Positions 13,238-23,214 of a stretch of DNA of 24,180 bases are shown one piece after another. The stretch covers positions 1 through 24,180 of the IMG/VR virus record IMGVR_UViG_3300014862_000005; one strand, written 5' to 3'. The stretch's first letter is position 1, and each line of letters begins with the position of its first letter. Under the pieces are notes generated by a model. That model saw only the letters and a list, made by a program, of their open reading frames with translations, did not search any database and was not told where the DNA came from. The DNA comes from a virus (Duplodnaviria > Caudoviricetes). The position numbers and the translations under genes are program-made.

Positions 13238-16200
13238 CTACATGGCTCGGATGATCGCATCCTCGACCTCCATCCTGGTTCCGGCGGCGTGGGCTTTCCC
13301 GCCGACGATGCCGTTGGTGTTACGGGCGGAAACGGTGGCCGTCTGGTAGCCGGCCGCGAGGGCAAGAACGATGCCGTGAGAGACGGCGGACGATCCGCCG
13401 GTCACGACGAGCGACCCGGCCAGCACGATGGCTGGGGTTGTTTGGATGACGTAGTCGGCGACCATTCCCTGGTCGCTGCCGGTGGTAGTCGACCCGTCGA
13501 CCGCCTCGGTGAAACCGGACAGCGCGGCAACGGAGGTCCAGTCGTCGTCCTTGCCGCCGAGGACAAGGACGACGCAGCCCTGCAGGTGGATCTGCGGCAG
13601 GGCCGGGTAGGCGACGTTCTGCGCCGAAGCGTTCACCTGCCCGGCGGACGCGACGACGATGTCCGTCAGGTCAGCGAGGCTGACGGGAGTTCCGCGCAGA
13701 CCCAGCGTGTAGGCGGAGACAGTGTCGCCGGCCGAACCACCCGAGGGTGTGACGGTCGGGTTGGATTCGGATCCGTCGTGCACCTTGACGAAGACCTGCA
13801 TCCTCGACGTCGCAGCCAGTCCGCCGATGGGCAGGCGGGTGTAGTCGGTCGGTGTGGCGAGAGTCCCGGCGCTCGTGGAACGGATGCGGACCACGCACAG
13901 GATCAGGTCGTCGGCCGCGTGTCCGGCGTAGAGCGCCGGCGACACGGCGGCGTTGTCGGCGTGCGACAGGGCCCCGGCGGCGACGAAAGTGCCGGCGGTG
14001 GTGGAGATGCCGGACAGGTCGATGACCTCGCCCTTGATGCGTATCCGCAGCGGCGGGGTGAAGTCGTCGGCGGCGGTGGTCCATCGGTGCCGGTTCGGGT
14101 CGAACGGGATCGACGTGGACGAGGTGGTGATCGCGCCCCGGATGGCGGCCTTCACGTCACCGGACCGGCGGCCGACGTTCACGCCGAGATCCCCTGCCGT
14201 CTCGGCCATGACCCGGACGTGGTTCGGCTGGTACGGGGACAGGTTGGCCCGGACCGACCATTCGTCGTTGGACAGGGTTTCGGTGTAGCCCTCGAGAATG
14301 GTGGGGAGGTCGTCAGGTGGGTATTGGCTGGGCGGGTTGACGATGTCGACGCGGTGGAACAGCCGGCAGGACAGCCACTGTTCTGCGAGCTCGGGTGTGC
14401 GGCGCATGTTCCAGCCCACGGACGGGAACCGCATCCCGGTGACGGTGCCGAGGTTGACCCGCCACCCGGCAAGGTGGAGCAGCATCGTGTCGTCTTCGAC
14501 GTTGAACGTCTGACCCTGCCGGTACTGGCCGGCGCGGGCGATCGAGTCGTTGTCCTTGACGCGCGCCGAGGAGCCGTCCAGGCGGGAGGCTTCGAAGTCG
14601 TTGACGATGTCCTGGTCGTCCAGGGCTGGTTCGAAGCCGGGTGCGATCTCTCCGGCGTCCATGTCCAGGGTCATGGTCGGGTCGATGTTGTCCCGGTCGT
14701 CCCGTGCCGGGAACCACAGCAGTCCAGTCGCGCCGGCGAACTCGCCCGAGTCGTTGAGGACGCAGCCCTCAACAAGCTCCGCGTCCCGGGCCAGCGACAT
14801 GAACGTCGCCACGCCCTGCGGACCCATGGTCAGATCGGACGTCTCCGACTGGTCCATGATGTACGGGATGTTCTGCTCCTGGCAGAGCCGTTGGACCCGG
14901 GCCCACGGCAGGTCCCCTGCGTTGCCGTCAACAACCGCGGTCGACGAGAACGACCCGTCGGCGCCGGGCTCGACGTGAAGAGCAAGCTGGCCGAACCCCG
15001 CGCCGTCCAACCCGCCGATGGCGGCGGGGACAAAGCCCGTCACGGTTCCCGCCGTCCGACCCGTCACCGTTCCGGACTTGGCGGTACCGGCCGATCCGGA
15101 CCAAACCGTCGCGACGAACGAGACGTCCGCACCGCTTTGCGTCGCGGTGAAGGTATAGAACCGTCCCAGGTTGTAGTAGGTGGCTTCGGTGAGGGCGACG
15201 CCGGAGTTGAACAGGACCGAGCCGTCCGATCCGAACACCTGCACCGTGAGCTGTGAGGGTGAACCGGGTGTCAGGGCCAGACGCCAACGGGTGGCCGTAC
15301 CGGTCGTGTAGACATCCATCAGGATGATCTCTGTGGCCGGTTCGGTGGGGACCATCATGCAGAACATGGCCGTCCATGTCCCGGTGTCCGCATAGGTGGG
15401 TACCGCTGCGAAAAGCGGGCTCGCCGTGTCAGCCAACGTGGCCAGTGGTGCGGCGCCAACCACGGACGTGTCCGAGCCGAACGTGACGGTCGGCGCCGAG
15501 ATCGGGGCCACACCGGGCACCGCGCTCGCGGCCACGGTGGCGCCGGACTCGTCCTCAAACGGCCAATGCGCGACTGGCGTCGAGAAACCTGCCGTGGAGA
15601 CCATGCGCTGGATCGCGGTATAGGCCGCCGACTTGAGCACGTCCTCGCCTTGCTGGCGGCGACGAAGCTGGCCCTGCGCCACAATGTCCACCACGGCGAA
15701 CCGGGTCGATGTGTCCCACCGCGGCCGCATCGACGCCAGGAACGCGGTGCCCCGATGGAACCCGTCACCCGCCGGGTTGGTGCCGAAGCCGGTCAGGCGC
15801 ACCCGGAACGGCAGGTTGAGAACCATCTGGTCGGTGTAGGCCCCGGTGGGGTAGGTGAACTCGCCGTTGAGGTTCAACAGCGTAAACGTCATCGACGAGG
15901 GATCGGCTTGGCTGGACCGGTTGGCCCGGCCATGGGTGAGGACGAGCTTCGCCGGGTGGTGGACAAACGACGTCAGGTCGGTCCAGTCCCACTCGGCCGA
16001 GTCGGAGTCCGGGTCAACGCCGAACGCAGCCTCCACCACGACGCCTGTGTCCCCGACTCCCCCGCCGTAGGGGACGAAGTAGGGGTTGAGAGTCAGGGCA
16101 ATGAGGGCGCCGGCGGTCTGGTTCTGGCTGGCCACAACACTGGCCACATATGAAGCGGCCGCGCCCGTGCCGTTTACCGAGTCGCCCACCACGCCGGCAA

Positions 16201-16732
16201 TGTCTGTGCCGGCCCCGGCGTTGGTCGACAGGTCGGCGCGTTCCGTGCCTGTATGTGTCCAGGTCGTTGCTGCGCCGGATGCGGTGCGTACCGCGGCCCC
16301 AGCGCCGATGCCTTGGCCGTCGGCGGGGAAGTTCGTCAGGAGAACGCCGAGTGTTGTGCTCGTGGTCAGGGTCAGGTCGGTGTCGGAGTCGGCGACCACA
16401 TCGTCCGGGTCGACTCCGGTGTAGGCCCCGACCCAACCCCAGTTGCGCTGCGACGTTCCGAGCGTCCATGTCCACGACGCACCCTCGCTGTCTGCGAGCC
16501 TCCGGTACGTCTTGAGGGTCACGTTGTTGCCGGCGTCGACTGCGGTGGTGATGAGCGACCAGCCGGCCGGTGCGGTGAAGGTCGGGGCACCTGTGGCAGC
16601 GATGAAAGCGACCAGTTGGTCGCGGTCCGGGTCCGTGCCGGTGTCGACGATGCCCGCGGGTTTCGACACGGTGACGGACGTGCCTGCGGTGCCGTTCGTG
16701 ACCGACTGGGACGAACGGAAGGCGGTGGACAT
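13238..16732 (-). CDS. Large minor tail protein (hub with LamG/ConA-like insert and terminal beta-rich modules)
   Basis: Follows tape measure; WTDLT...GR...L.N..G.F.P hub-like motif, AHWPFEDESG LamG-like start, related N- and C-terminal modules. Confidence 0.8.
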   Translation of the reverse strand: MSTAFRSSQSVTNGTAGTSVTVSKPAGIVDTGTDPDRDQLVAFIAATGAPTFTAPAGWSLITTAVDAGNNVTLKTYRRLADSEGASWTWTLGTSQRNWGWVGAYTGVDPDDVVADSDTDLTLTTSTTLGVLLTNFPADGQGIGAGAAVRTASGAATTWTHTGTERADLSTNAGAGTDIAGVVGDSVNGTGAAASYVASVVASQNQTAGALIALTLNPYFVPYGGGVGDTGVVVEAAFGVDPDSDSAEWDWTDLTSFVHHPAKLVLTHGRANRSSQADPSSMTFTLLNLNGEFTYPTGAYTDQMVLNLPFRVRLTGFGTNPAGDGFHRGTAFLASMRPRWDTSTRFAVVDIVAQGQLRRRQQGEDVLKSAAYTAIQRMVSTAGFSTPVAHWPFEDESGATVAASAVPGVAPISAPTVTFGSDTSVVGAAPLATLADTASPLFAAVPTYADTGTWTAMFCMMVPTEPATEIILMDVYTTGTATRWRLALTPGSPSQLTVQVFGSDGSVLFNSGVALTEATYYNLGRFYTFTATQSGADVSFVATVWSGSAGTAKSGTVTGRTAGTVTGFVPAAIGGLDGAGFGQLALHVEPGADGSFSSTAVVDGNAGDLPWARVQRLCQEQNIPYIMDQSETSDLTMGPQGVATFMSLARDAELVEGCVLNDSGEFAGATGLLWFPARDDRDNIDPTMTLDMDAGEIAPGFEPALDDQDIVNDFEASRLDGSSARVKDNDSIARAGQYRQGQTFNVEDDTMLLHLAGWRVNLGTVTGMRFPSVGWNMRRTPELAEQWLSCRLFHRVDIVNPPSQYPPDDLPTILEGYTETLSNDEWSVRANLSPYQPNHVRVMAETAGDLGVNVGRRSGDVKAAIRGAITTSSTSIPFDPNRHRWTTAADDFTPPLRIRIKGEVIDLSGISTTAGTFVAAGALSHADNAAVSPALYAGHAADDLILCVVRIRSTSAGTLATPTDYTRLPIGGLAATSRMQVFVKVHDGSESNPTVTPSGGSAGDTVSAYTLGLRGTPVSLADLTDIVVASAGQVNASAQNVAYPALPQIHLQGCVVLVLGGKDDDWTSVAALSGFTEAVDGSTTTGSDQGMVADYVIQTTPAIVLAGSLVVTGGSSAVSHGIVLALAAGYQTATVSARNTNGIVGGKAHAAGTRMEVEDAIIRAM

Positions 16733-18619
16733 CTAGACCCTCAGTCCCAGAACCGCCAGCGTCCCGCCCTTGGCGGCGATCTCCGTGCGGAGCCACTCGA
16801 ACACGACCTCGCCGAGACCGCCGCCGTACAGGTTCAGCGGCGTGATCGACTGCCCAGATCCGCCGCCAGGCACGCCCATGTTCGCGCCCCACTGCGCAGT
16901 CGACGGTGAGATGTAGCCATTCGTTGTGGGCGTGAACACCTCGGCCTTGCCGCCGTCGCCGACGAGGTAGGACACGCCCGCCGACACACCACCACCGGCG
17001 GCCTTCTTGCCGCCGTATCGGGAGCCGACCTCTGGGTTGTACTGGCCGTCGACCCGCCACGTCACCGTAGGAACGGCGAACAGTGCCCCGATGAGTTTCT
17101 CGATCTCGGCTCGGCTGAACCCGGCCGCCTCGGCCTGTTCGTAGAGGCGCTGCTTGTTGGCCTCCAATGCGGCATTCGCTTCTTCCGTCGACATGTGCAT
17201 CGCGATCTGGTCGTCGCGGACCTGCCGCATCTCCCGGGCCATGTCGATCAAGGCCCGTTGGTTCTCACGGCCTTCGTCGGTGAACGAGGAGAGGTCGTTG
17301 CCGTTCTCTTCGAACTGGTCGGCCAGGTCCTGAAGTCCCTGCTCGACGTCTAGCTGGTTGAGGATGTAGGACGCCTGCAGGTCGATGCCCCGCTCGAACT
17401 CGTCGTTGACCTTCTTCAGTGCGGCGGCCTGGTCCTCGGTCGGATCCTCGGCGTCGCGGATGATGTCGGTGAACTTGGCCATCGAATTCCCGGCCCCGTA
17501 CCCCTTGGCCGTGACGGCCTCGAGGCTGTCGTTAACGTCGGCAAAGTAGGCGGAGCCGGCATGGTTGTTGTCCAAGTTGACCAGGCCGAAGGTGAGCACC
17601 TGGGTTGTCGACCGGGCAACGTTCTCGGCGCCGCGGACGATGTCTTCCATGCCGCCCGTGAACTTCGCCCCGATGACGGCCATGTCGTGGAACCGGTCAC
17701 CCAGCCAGCCCAAGACGTTGCCGGTTACCACGATGGACCCGTTGAGCACTTTGAACCCGAACGCCAGTCCCTCGATGGTGCCCTCTGACTCGACAAGATC
17801 CGACAGGAGCGACGACACCGCCACGCCAGTTTCAGACAGCCCTTCAGCGAACACCCCAGTGAACGAGTCGGCCTCGTCCATGACGGCGTTGAAACCGGGC
17901 ATGGTGTTGCCCACCAGATCGGCGATGCCCTGAGCCAGGATCGGCACCGAAGACGCGCCCTTGGCAAGAGCTTCGTCGATGTTCAGGTCTCTGAACTCGT
18001 CCTTGAGGATGTGCAGACCGGCAACGACAGGGGCGACGAACGCCCCACCACCGAACGCCTCGGCCGTAAACTCTCGCGTCAGGTCATGGAACGCGGCCCG
18101 GACCCGGGAGTCGTTCGACGCGGCGATGACCCCACCGGCGATCCCACCGCCCACAGTCGTACCGGCAACCGCACCACCGATGATCGCCCCAATGGCCGGG
18201 GCCGCGGCGACGGCAGCCACGACAAGCCCTGCAATGAGGGGGCCTTTCAAGTTGGAGAACGCACCCGAGAAGTCGATCTTCGCGCCGGCTGAGACACCAG
18301 CCTCAGCCGCCGACTTCGACAACCGCTCCAGTTCCCGCAGCCACGCCCGTTCCTGGTTGACCCGCTGCCGCAGAGACCCACGACCCGTGGTCCGGTCACC
18401 GGTCCTAACGAGTTCCTGTTCGAGTTCCCGAAGTTTCGTCTTCGTCTTCGCCAGTTGGGTATCGAGAGACTCCGACTCCTTCTTGAGGTCCGCGAAGCCC
18501 TTCTCCGCCTTCCCTGCGGACGCGTCGACCTTCTCCAGCCCGGCCGCGGCTTCGGTGGAGCCCTTGGTGTCGGAATCGACCGTGACCTTGACCTTGATGT
18601 CACGGGTTTCCGCAGCCAC
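16733..18619 (-). CDS. Tape measure protein
   Basis: Ala/Gly-rich helical protein; C-terminal AAGGGV....YLVGDGGKAEVFTP motif; position after the chaperones. Confidence 0.85.
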   Translation of the reverse strand: MAAETRDIKVKVTVDSDTKGSTEAAAGLEKVDASAGKAEKGFADLKKESESLDTQLAKTKTKLRELEQELVRTGDRTTGRGSLRQRVNQERAWLRELERLSKSAAEAGVSAGAKIDFSGAFSNLKGPLIAGLVVAAVAAAPAIGAIIGGAVAGTTVGGGIAGGVIAASNDSRVRAAFHDLTREFTAEAFGGGAFVAPVVAGLHILKDEFRDLNIDEALAKGASSVPILAQGIADLVGNTMPGFNAVMDEADSFTGVFAEGLSETGVAVSSLLSDLVESEGTIEGLAFGFKVLNGSIVVTGNVLGWLGDRFHDMAVIGAKFTGGMEDIVRGAENVARSTTQVLTFGLVNLDNNHAGSAYFADVNDSLEAVTAKGYGAGNSMAKFTDIIRDAEDPTEDQAAALKKVNDEFERGIDLQASYILNQLDVEQGLQDLADQFEENGNDLSSFTDEGRENQRALIDMAREMRQVRDDQIAMHMSTEEANAALEANKQRLYEQAEAAGFSRAEIEKLIGALFAVPTVTWRVDGQYNPEVGSRYGGKKAAGGGVSAGVSYLVGDGGKAEVFTPTTNGYISPSTAQWGANMGVPGGGSGQSITPLNLYGGGLGEVVFEWLRTEIAAKGGTLAVLGLRV

Positions 18620-18622
18620 GGC

Positions 18623-19099
18623 CTATCTCCTCACGATTGAGTCGGCGTAGGCATCGGCAGCCTTCTGGGCGTTGTCCACTACCCGGTCACGGGCAAGGTC
18701 GATCGGCTCATCCACGAGGCCCTTGGCAACCCGCTGAACGTGCCAGTGCCGGCGGTTGCCGAACAGCGGGGCCCGGAGGATGCCCCGGTTCAGCGAGGGG
18801 AGGTCCCTGTTTTCCTTCTTGCCCGACGCCAGGACCTTGATGTTGGCGCGGATCATCTTCCCGCCGGTGACCCGAGAGTCGACCTTCACCGACTTGGCCA
18901 CCAGCGCCGCATACCCTTTGCGCTTCGGCAGTTTCACGACCGCGGATGCTTGAACGTCCCTCTTCACCACCGCCGACGACACGGCCTTACGCGTCCCGGT
19001 GAGAAGGTCCTTCTCCAGTTGGGCCGGCGCTTCTACGGCGAGCCGAGTGATGACCGCGCGGAGTTCGGCTCGTCCTTTGACCGATCCACTCAGGGCCAT
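18623..19099 (-). CDS. Basic tail-associated protein (HK97 gp10-like)
   Basis: Lys/Arg-rich, G.LRAPLFGNR..W..Q motif; between chaperone and tape measure. Confidence 0.6.
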   Translation of the reverse strand: MALSGSVKGRAELRAVITRLAVEAPAQLEKDLLTGTRKAVSSAVVKRDVQASAVVKLPKRKGYAALVAKSVKVDSRVTGGKMIRANIKVLASGKKENRDLPSLNRGILRAPLFGNRRHWHVQRVAKGLVDEPIDLARDRVVDNAQKAADAYADSIVRR

Positions 19100-19100
19100 G

Positions 19101-19630
19101 TCACCGCCCCAGCTTCTGGTCGGCGATGTCCTTGCAGGCCTTCCACAGGTCGTGCGGCATGTCGTGGATCTCGCGCCACCATACGATCCCCGGCCACACG
19201 ACCATGAAGTCCAGCACCGACTGATTGATCTCGGCATCGATGTCGCGGTACTGGTCGAGTTCGTCCTCGGTCAGTTCGTGGAGGCCTCTGGGGCCTCCAC
19301 CGCTTTTCCCTCAGCCACAGGCTCCGGCGGCGGTTCGTCGGCCACGATCTCGACCGGAAGTGCGAATTCCAGGGCGCCCAGGTCGACCTCGATGTTGGCG
19401 CGCCGCAGGGCCAGCCACACGAATCCGGTCCACGCCTCGTATTCCAGCTCGACGTCGTCGTTGTCATTGGAGGAGGACTGGAGGGTCCGGAACATTGCCC
19501 GCGGTGACGGGAAGCCCAGCTTCCGCAGTGCGATGGCTTCCCGGTTGGTGACGGATCCGAGGTCGACCGGCATGACCTCGGGACATCCGAGGCGCTGCCG
19601 GTCGGCTTCCTTCAGGCGGAGGTTGGCCAT
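19101..19630 (-). CDS. Tail assembly chaperone, long form via -1 frameshift
   Basis: Slippery G GGA AAA at 19310-19304; the -1 frame is open to TGA at 19101 (…LTEDELDQYRDIDAEINQSVLDFMVVWPG…KLGR). Confidence 0.8.
19271..19630 (-). CDS. Tail assembly chaperone, short form
   Basis: Directly after the major tail protein; acidic C-terminus containing the EGK slippery site. Confidence 0.8.
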   Translation of the reverse strand: MANLRLKEADRQRLGCPEVMPVDLGSVTNREAIALRKLGFPSPRAMFRTLQSSSNDNDDVELEYEAWTGFVWLALRRANIEVDLGALEFALPVEIVADEPPPEPVAEGKAVEAPEASTN

Positions 19631-19664
19631 GTCAGCTCACTTCTGTTGGACGGGATGGAGACGG

Positions 19665-20063
19665 TCAGCCGACCTTCGCGATGGTCGAAGCGGCTTCCCA
19701 GTTCGACGACACCGTGGTCGCGCCGGATACGCTCGACGAGAACGAGACGTCCGGGTTGATGGTGCCGAAAAAGTACTGGGTGTTCGTGGTGGTGTTGGTG
19801 TAGAGGTAGAACTTCCGCGCCACACCATCGACGGCCGCGGTGTAGGTCTGCGCGGTGGACTCGTCGTAGAACCCGGAGAACGCTCCGGTCGCCTCGGGCA
19901 GGCCAGCGACCGTCACCTTGTTCGGGTCCCCGAACGCAGTGACGTCGATCTTCGGGGTGGTGAAGTTGATCGACCATTCGGCCTGGAACGCCACCGGCTC
20001 GGCAGTGCCGCCGCTCGCGATCCCCATGTAGATCCTGCCGTTCCTACCGGCGATTCTGGCCAC
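19665..20063 (-). CDS. Major tail (tube) protein
   Basis: ARIAGRNGRIY...WSINF...DVTAFGD..K..VAGL tail-tube pattern; RBS GGGAG. Confidence 0.8.
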   Translation of the reverse strand: MARIAGRNGRIYMGIASGGTAEPVAFQAEWSINFTTPKIDVTAFGDPNKVTVAGLPEATGAFSGFYDESTAQTYTAAVDGVARKFYLYTNTTTNTQYFFGTINPDVSFSSSVSGATTVSSNWEAASTIAKVG

Positions 20064-20113
20064 AGTGACCACACTCCCTATTGCGTTGGTGTTGAACGGC
20101 CGGCGGCCGGGTC

Positions 20114-21133
20114 TTAGGCGTCGAGGAGACGCAGCAGCGACTTGGCGCTGTTCGTGAACGTGCGGTCGGCGATCGCCTCACGGGCGAGGGTGGCGAGGCG
20201 CTGCCGCTCGGCTGGGCGGTTGAGCCAGTACCGCAGCAGATCCGACGCCTCGTCCGGCGACGTGAACGAGGGGAGCATCGGGAACACCGCGTCCGACTCT
20301 TGGCGTGGATCCCGCAGGAAGAAGCACCCCGTGGCAGCGAGCTCGACCTCGCGCGGACCGATCGCGTACCCGGCAGCCAAACCGGGTCGTTCGGACTCGC
20401 GCCGGTAAAGGTTCATCCCGACCGCAGCCGACCGGTAGACGTCCGCCGTCTTGGTGTTGTCGAGGCAGTCGCCGAGGTCGTGAGCGACGTGTTTGCGCAG
20501 CGGATGGTCGTCGTCGAGGAGTTGCCAGTTCCCCGCCAGCAACACATCCAGCCCGTCAAGGTCGAGCTGCTCGAGGAACCCGACGCGTGATGGGTAGCCG
20601 GTGCCGACGAAAGCGAAGTCGGATCTCAGTTCGGCAACGGCCGGTCCGGGGTGGTGGATGCTCGGCCGGTAGGCGTGCGGCAGGTACCGGGTGCCCTTGG
20701 GATACCGGTCGATGTTGATGGGGTCGTTGACCAGGTTCAGGTCCGCGTACGGGGCGAGCTTCAGTTGCCGCTCGTCCTCGTACGGGCTCTCCGTATGAAG
20801 GACCACCACGCGGGTCCGGGTCCGGCGGGCCCTGTCAAGGAGCTTCGGCGGGACGAAGAAGCCGGAGACGATCAGCAGGACATCGGGCCACGTCTGGTAC
20901 AGCGTCGCGTACAGGCCTTCGATGGCCATGTCGTACGACTGCGCCGGCGTGACGGCCCGCTTGAACTTCCCCGGCTCATCGGTCTCCATCAGGACCGAAC
21001 CGAAGAAGGTGAGCCTCTCGTCCAGCGAATAGGTGTGGACGTCCTGGCCGAGTTCGCGCAAAGCCTCAACCCAACCAGCGAACAGATCCTGAACCGAGAA
21101 GGAGGGCCCGGGCTGGCAGACGAGCCACCTCAC
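20114..21133 (-). CDS. Glycosyltransferase, GT-B (CgeB/Glyco_trans_1_2-like)
   Basis: TESPYED, DFAFVGTGYPSR, GMNLYR, GPREVELAATGCF motifs; GTGA-coupled start at 21133. Confidence 0.85.
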   Translation of the reverse strand: MRWLVCQPGPSFSVQDLFAGWVEALRELGQDVHTYSLDERLTFFGSVLMETDEPGKFKRAVTPAQSYDMAIEGLYATLYQTWPDVLLIVSGFFVPPKLLDRARRTRTRVVVLHTESPYEDERQLKLAPYADLNLVNDPINIDRYPKGTRYLPHAYRPSIHHPGPAVAELRSDFAFVGTGYPSRVGFLEQLDLDGLDVLLAGNWQLLDDDHPLRKHVAHDLGDCLDNTKTADVYRSAAVGMNLYRRESERPGLAAGYAIGPREVELAATGCFFLRDPRQESDAVFPMLPSFTSPDEASDLLRYWLNRPAERQRLATLAREAIADRTFTNSAKSLLRLLDA

Positions 21134-21555
21134 GTGTACACCTTCACCGGCAGTTCGGCGCCGAAGTAGACGACACCGTTCCACTCGACGTCTCCCCAGC
21201 CGCGTGCGGTAAGGATCTCCAGGTCGGCCACCGTGTTGCCGAGCTTCGAATCGGCATACAGCACCGTCCGCAGCGACAGGGCACCCGAGCGGGAGAAGTA
21301 GTCCATCAACGACCGCTGGCCGGCCTCGGTGGCCTGTGCCCCGACGATGACCTTGATAGTCAGTTCGATCTCGTCCTTGCCTTCGAACGTCACATCGAAG
21401 TCCAGAAACTCCCCAACCGAGGGGACGACGATGATGCACGGCGGGTCGATCGAGTCCTTGCCGAACCCGTACGTCCGGCCGGCGATCGTCTGGTTCACGT
21501 AGCCCGTCTGGATTCGGATCACCATCGCATCAATGACGTCCTTCAGGTCGGCCAT
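21130..21555 (-). CDS. Putative tail terminator / tail completion protein
   Basis: Size, PPCIIV motif and position after the head-tail connector. Confidence 0.6.
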   Translation of the reverse strand: MADLKDVIDAMVIRIQTGYVNQTIAGRTYGFGKDSIDPPCIIVVPSVGEFLDFDVTFEGKDEIELTIKVIVGAQATEAGQRSLMDYFSRSGALSLRTVLYADSKLGNTVADLEILTARGWGDVEWNGVVYFGAELPVKVYT

Positions 21556-21556
21556 C

Positions 21557-22411
21557 TCAGCCCACTAGTACGGGGTTGAGGATGTACGGCTGGAGCCGGC
21601 GCATCGCCATCGGGTTGTCCCGAACCCGGACCGGGCCGAACTGGTCCATGTTCGCCACCCCGAACGGGGCACCCTTCAGCTTCGACGTCTCCGACGCGAG
21701 CATCAGGCACGCCTGCTTAACCGGCGACGGGATCGAGGACCAACCCCACTTCGCCGTCACCTGCAACGTCCGCCTACGAGAGGAGGAACAGGGGAACGAC
21801 CAGCCGACGGCGTTGATGCGCGAGTACGGCCATCCCGGCTCACCCGACACCATGCCGTTGGCCGGATCCAGTTCGTAGTCGGTGTAGGCGGTCCAGGTGG
21901 ATCCGTCGGTGCCGGTCTCCACAATCAGCCCGGTCGTGGTCCAGAAGTCATCGACCAGAGACCAGCAGTGCGTCGTCGGCTGGAACTGTCTCGCGGTTGC
22001 GGTAGTGGACATGGTGAACGTCCGCCCGCACGTCTCGGTGATCCCTCGCGAGGCCGAGTCGAGCGCATCCATGAGGGCTGCGTCGTCGGTGGTGTCGGTG
22101 ATCTGCATGTACGCCTTCAGTTCCGGCAGCGTCGCATACAGGGCTGGGCTCGGACTGGCAGCGAGGACCGAACCGCGGTCCACGTCGACCACCGTGCCGG
22201 AGATGGTCCACACCCACGACCAGGCGCCGGCAGATGAGAGCGTGAACGACGCGGTGTAGATCCCGACCGTCGCCGTCGACACCACCGGAGTCGACGTGGT
22301 CCCATCTGGGGCCGTCACGGTCAGCACCACCGTGGCGGCGACAAGGACCCCGGACGCGTTGTAGACGTTGTGCTGCAGGTTCAGCTGATCGCCGACGTCG
22401 CGTGTGGTCAC
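21557..22411 (-). CDS. Head-tail connector (gp6/gp15-like) with N-terminal Ig-like domain
   Basis: YATLPELKAYM...DD..L..AL..ASR.I...CGR.F and VTAKWGW..IP..VKQACL; N-terminal LTVTAPDGT...G.Y beta domain; GTGA-coupled start. Confidence 0.8.
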   Translation of the reverse strand: MTTRDVGDQLNLQHNVYNASGVLVAATVVLTVTAPDGTTSTPVVSTATVGIYTASFTLSSAGAWSWVWTISGTVVDVDRGSVLAASPSPALYATLPELKAYMQITDTTDDAALMDALDSASRGITETCGRTFTMSTTATARQFQPTTHCWSLVDDFWTTTGLIVETGTDGSTWTAYTDYELDPANGMVSGEPGWPYSRINAVGWSFPCSSSRRRTLQVTAKWGWSSIPSPVKQACLMLASETSKLKGAPFGVANMDQFGPVRVRDNPMAMRRLQPYILNPVLVG

Positions 22412-23214
22412 CGCGCACCTCCCGATGACGAAACGGCCCGGAACCCACCGGACGAAGAGCTGGACCGGAAGGCGGACGAGGAAGACATGAGCGGCGGGCC
22501 GGCCCCGATGGCGATGACGGTGTCCGACGAAATGAGCACCTCGACCGCGGCCGCGGCGTAGTTGAACACCGCTCCACCACCGGACCGCAGATCCGCCCAC
22601 GGCACCGTGGTGGAGTCCGGGTTGGTCTTCACCTGCGTTTGAAGCCCACCCCAGTCGGTGTTGTGCACCTCGTGAAGCTCGTCCCACCCCGACCCCGGAG
22701 TGACGCCTGCGCTGGGCGACTTGCAGACCCCCGCCGCCGCCACGATCTCCGACGTCCCGGCGGGAGTGCTCGACAGTGTGAGTGAGATCGGCGTAGGAGG
22801 ACCGGTGAAGCCACCCGACTGCTGACCGGTCGCCGTCTCACCGATCGGATCGGTGAGGTCGTGGCCGGTGTAGGCGAGCACCGAGATGGAGTAGATGCCG
22901 ATCGACCTCGCGCCGCAGTCCAGCACGATCGTCATCTCCTCGTTGAGGAACACGGGCGCCGTGTAGATGGCCGTCGCTGCGGTGAACCCGGCACTCACCC
23001 CGGCGGAGGCGCGCAGCGAGTAGGCCAGGTCCCCGCCGGCGATAGTCAGGTCTGGCAGGAGTGAGTCGGAGCCGCCGTTCTCGATCGCGCTCACGCAGGC
23101 GACGAGGAGTGAATCAGCGGGTGGGGTGAAGGCTGTGCTGGTGAACGTGCTGGTTCCGTAGTTGCCCGACGCTCCCGAGATCTGGCCGAGGAGGGACGTG
23201 CGGGCGAGGACCAC
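22408..23214 (-). CDS. Hypothetical Ser/Thr/Gly-rich, probably virion-associated protein
   Basis: Beta-rich composition similar to the terminal modules of 13238..16732; TAGTG-coupled start. Confidence 0.65.
   Translation of the reverse strand: MVLARTSLLGQISGASGNYGTSTFTSTAFTPPADSLLVACVSAIENGGSDSLLPDLTIAGGDLAYSLRASAGVSAGFTAATAIYTAPVFLNEEMTIVLDCGARSIGIYSISVLAYTGHDLTDPIGETATGQQSGGFTGPPTPISLTLSSTPAGTSEIVAAAGVCKSPSAGVTPGSGWDELHEVHNTDWGGLQTQVKTNPDSTTVPWADLRSGGGAVFNYAAAAVEVLISSDTVIAIGAGPPLMSSSSAFRSSSSSGGFRAVSSSGGAR

Noticed and set aside
13289-15256. 655-aa plus-strand ORF and similar long antisense ORFs in the late region
   Set aside because: Shadows of well-supported minus-strand structural genes.
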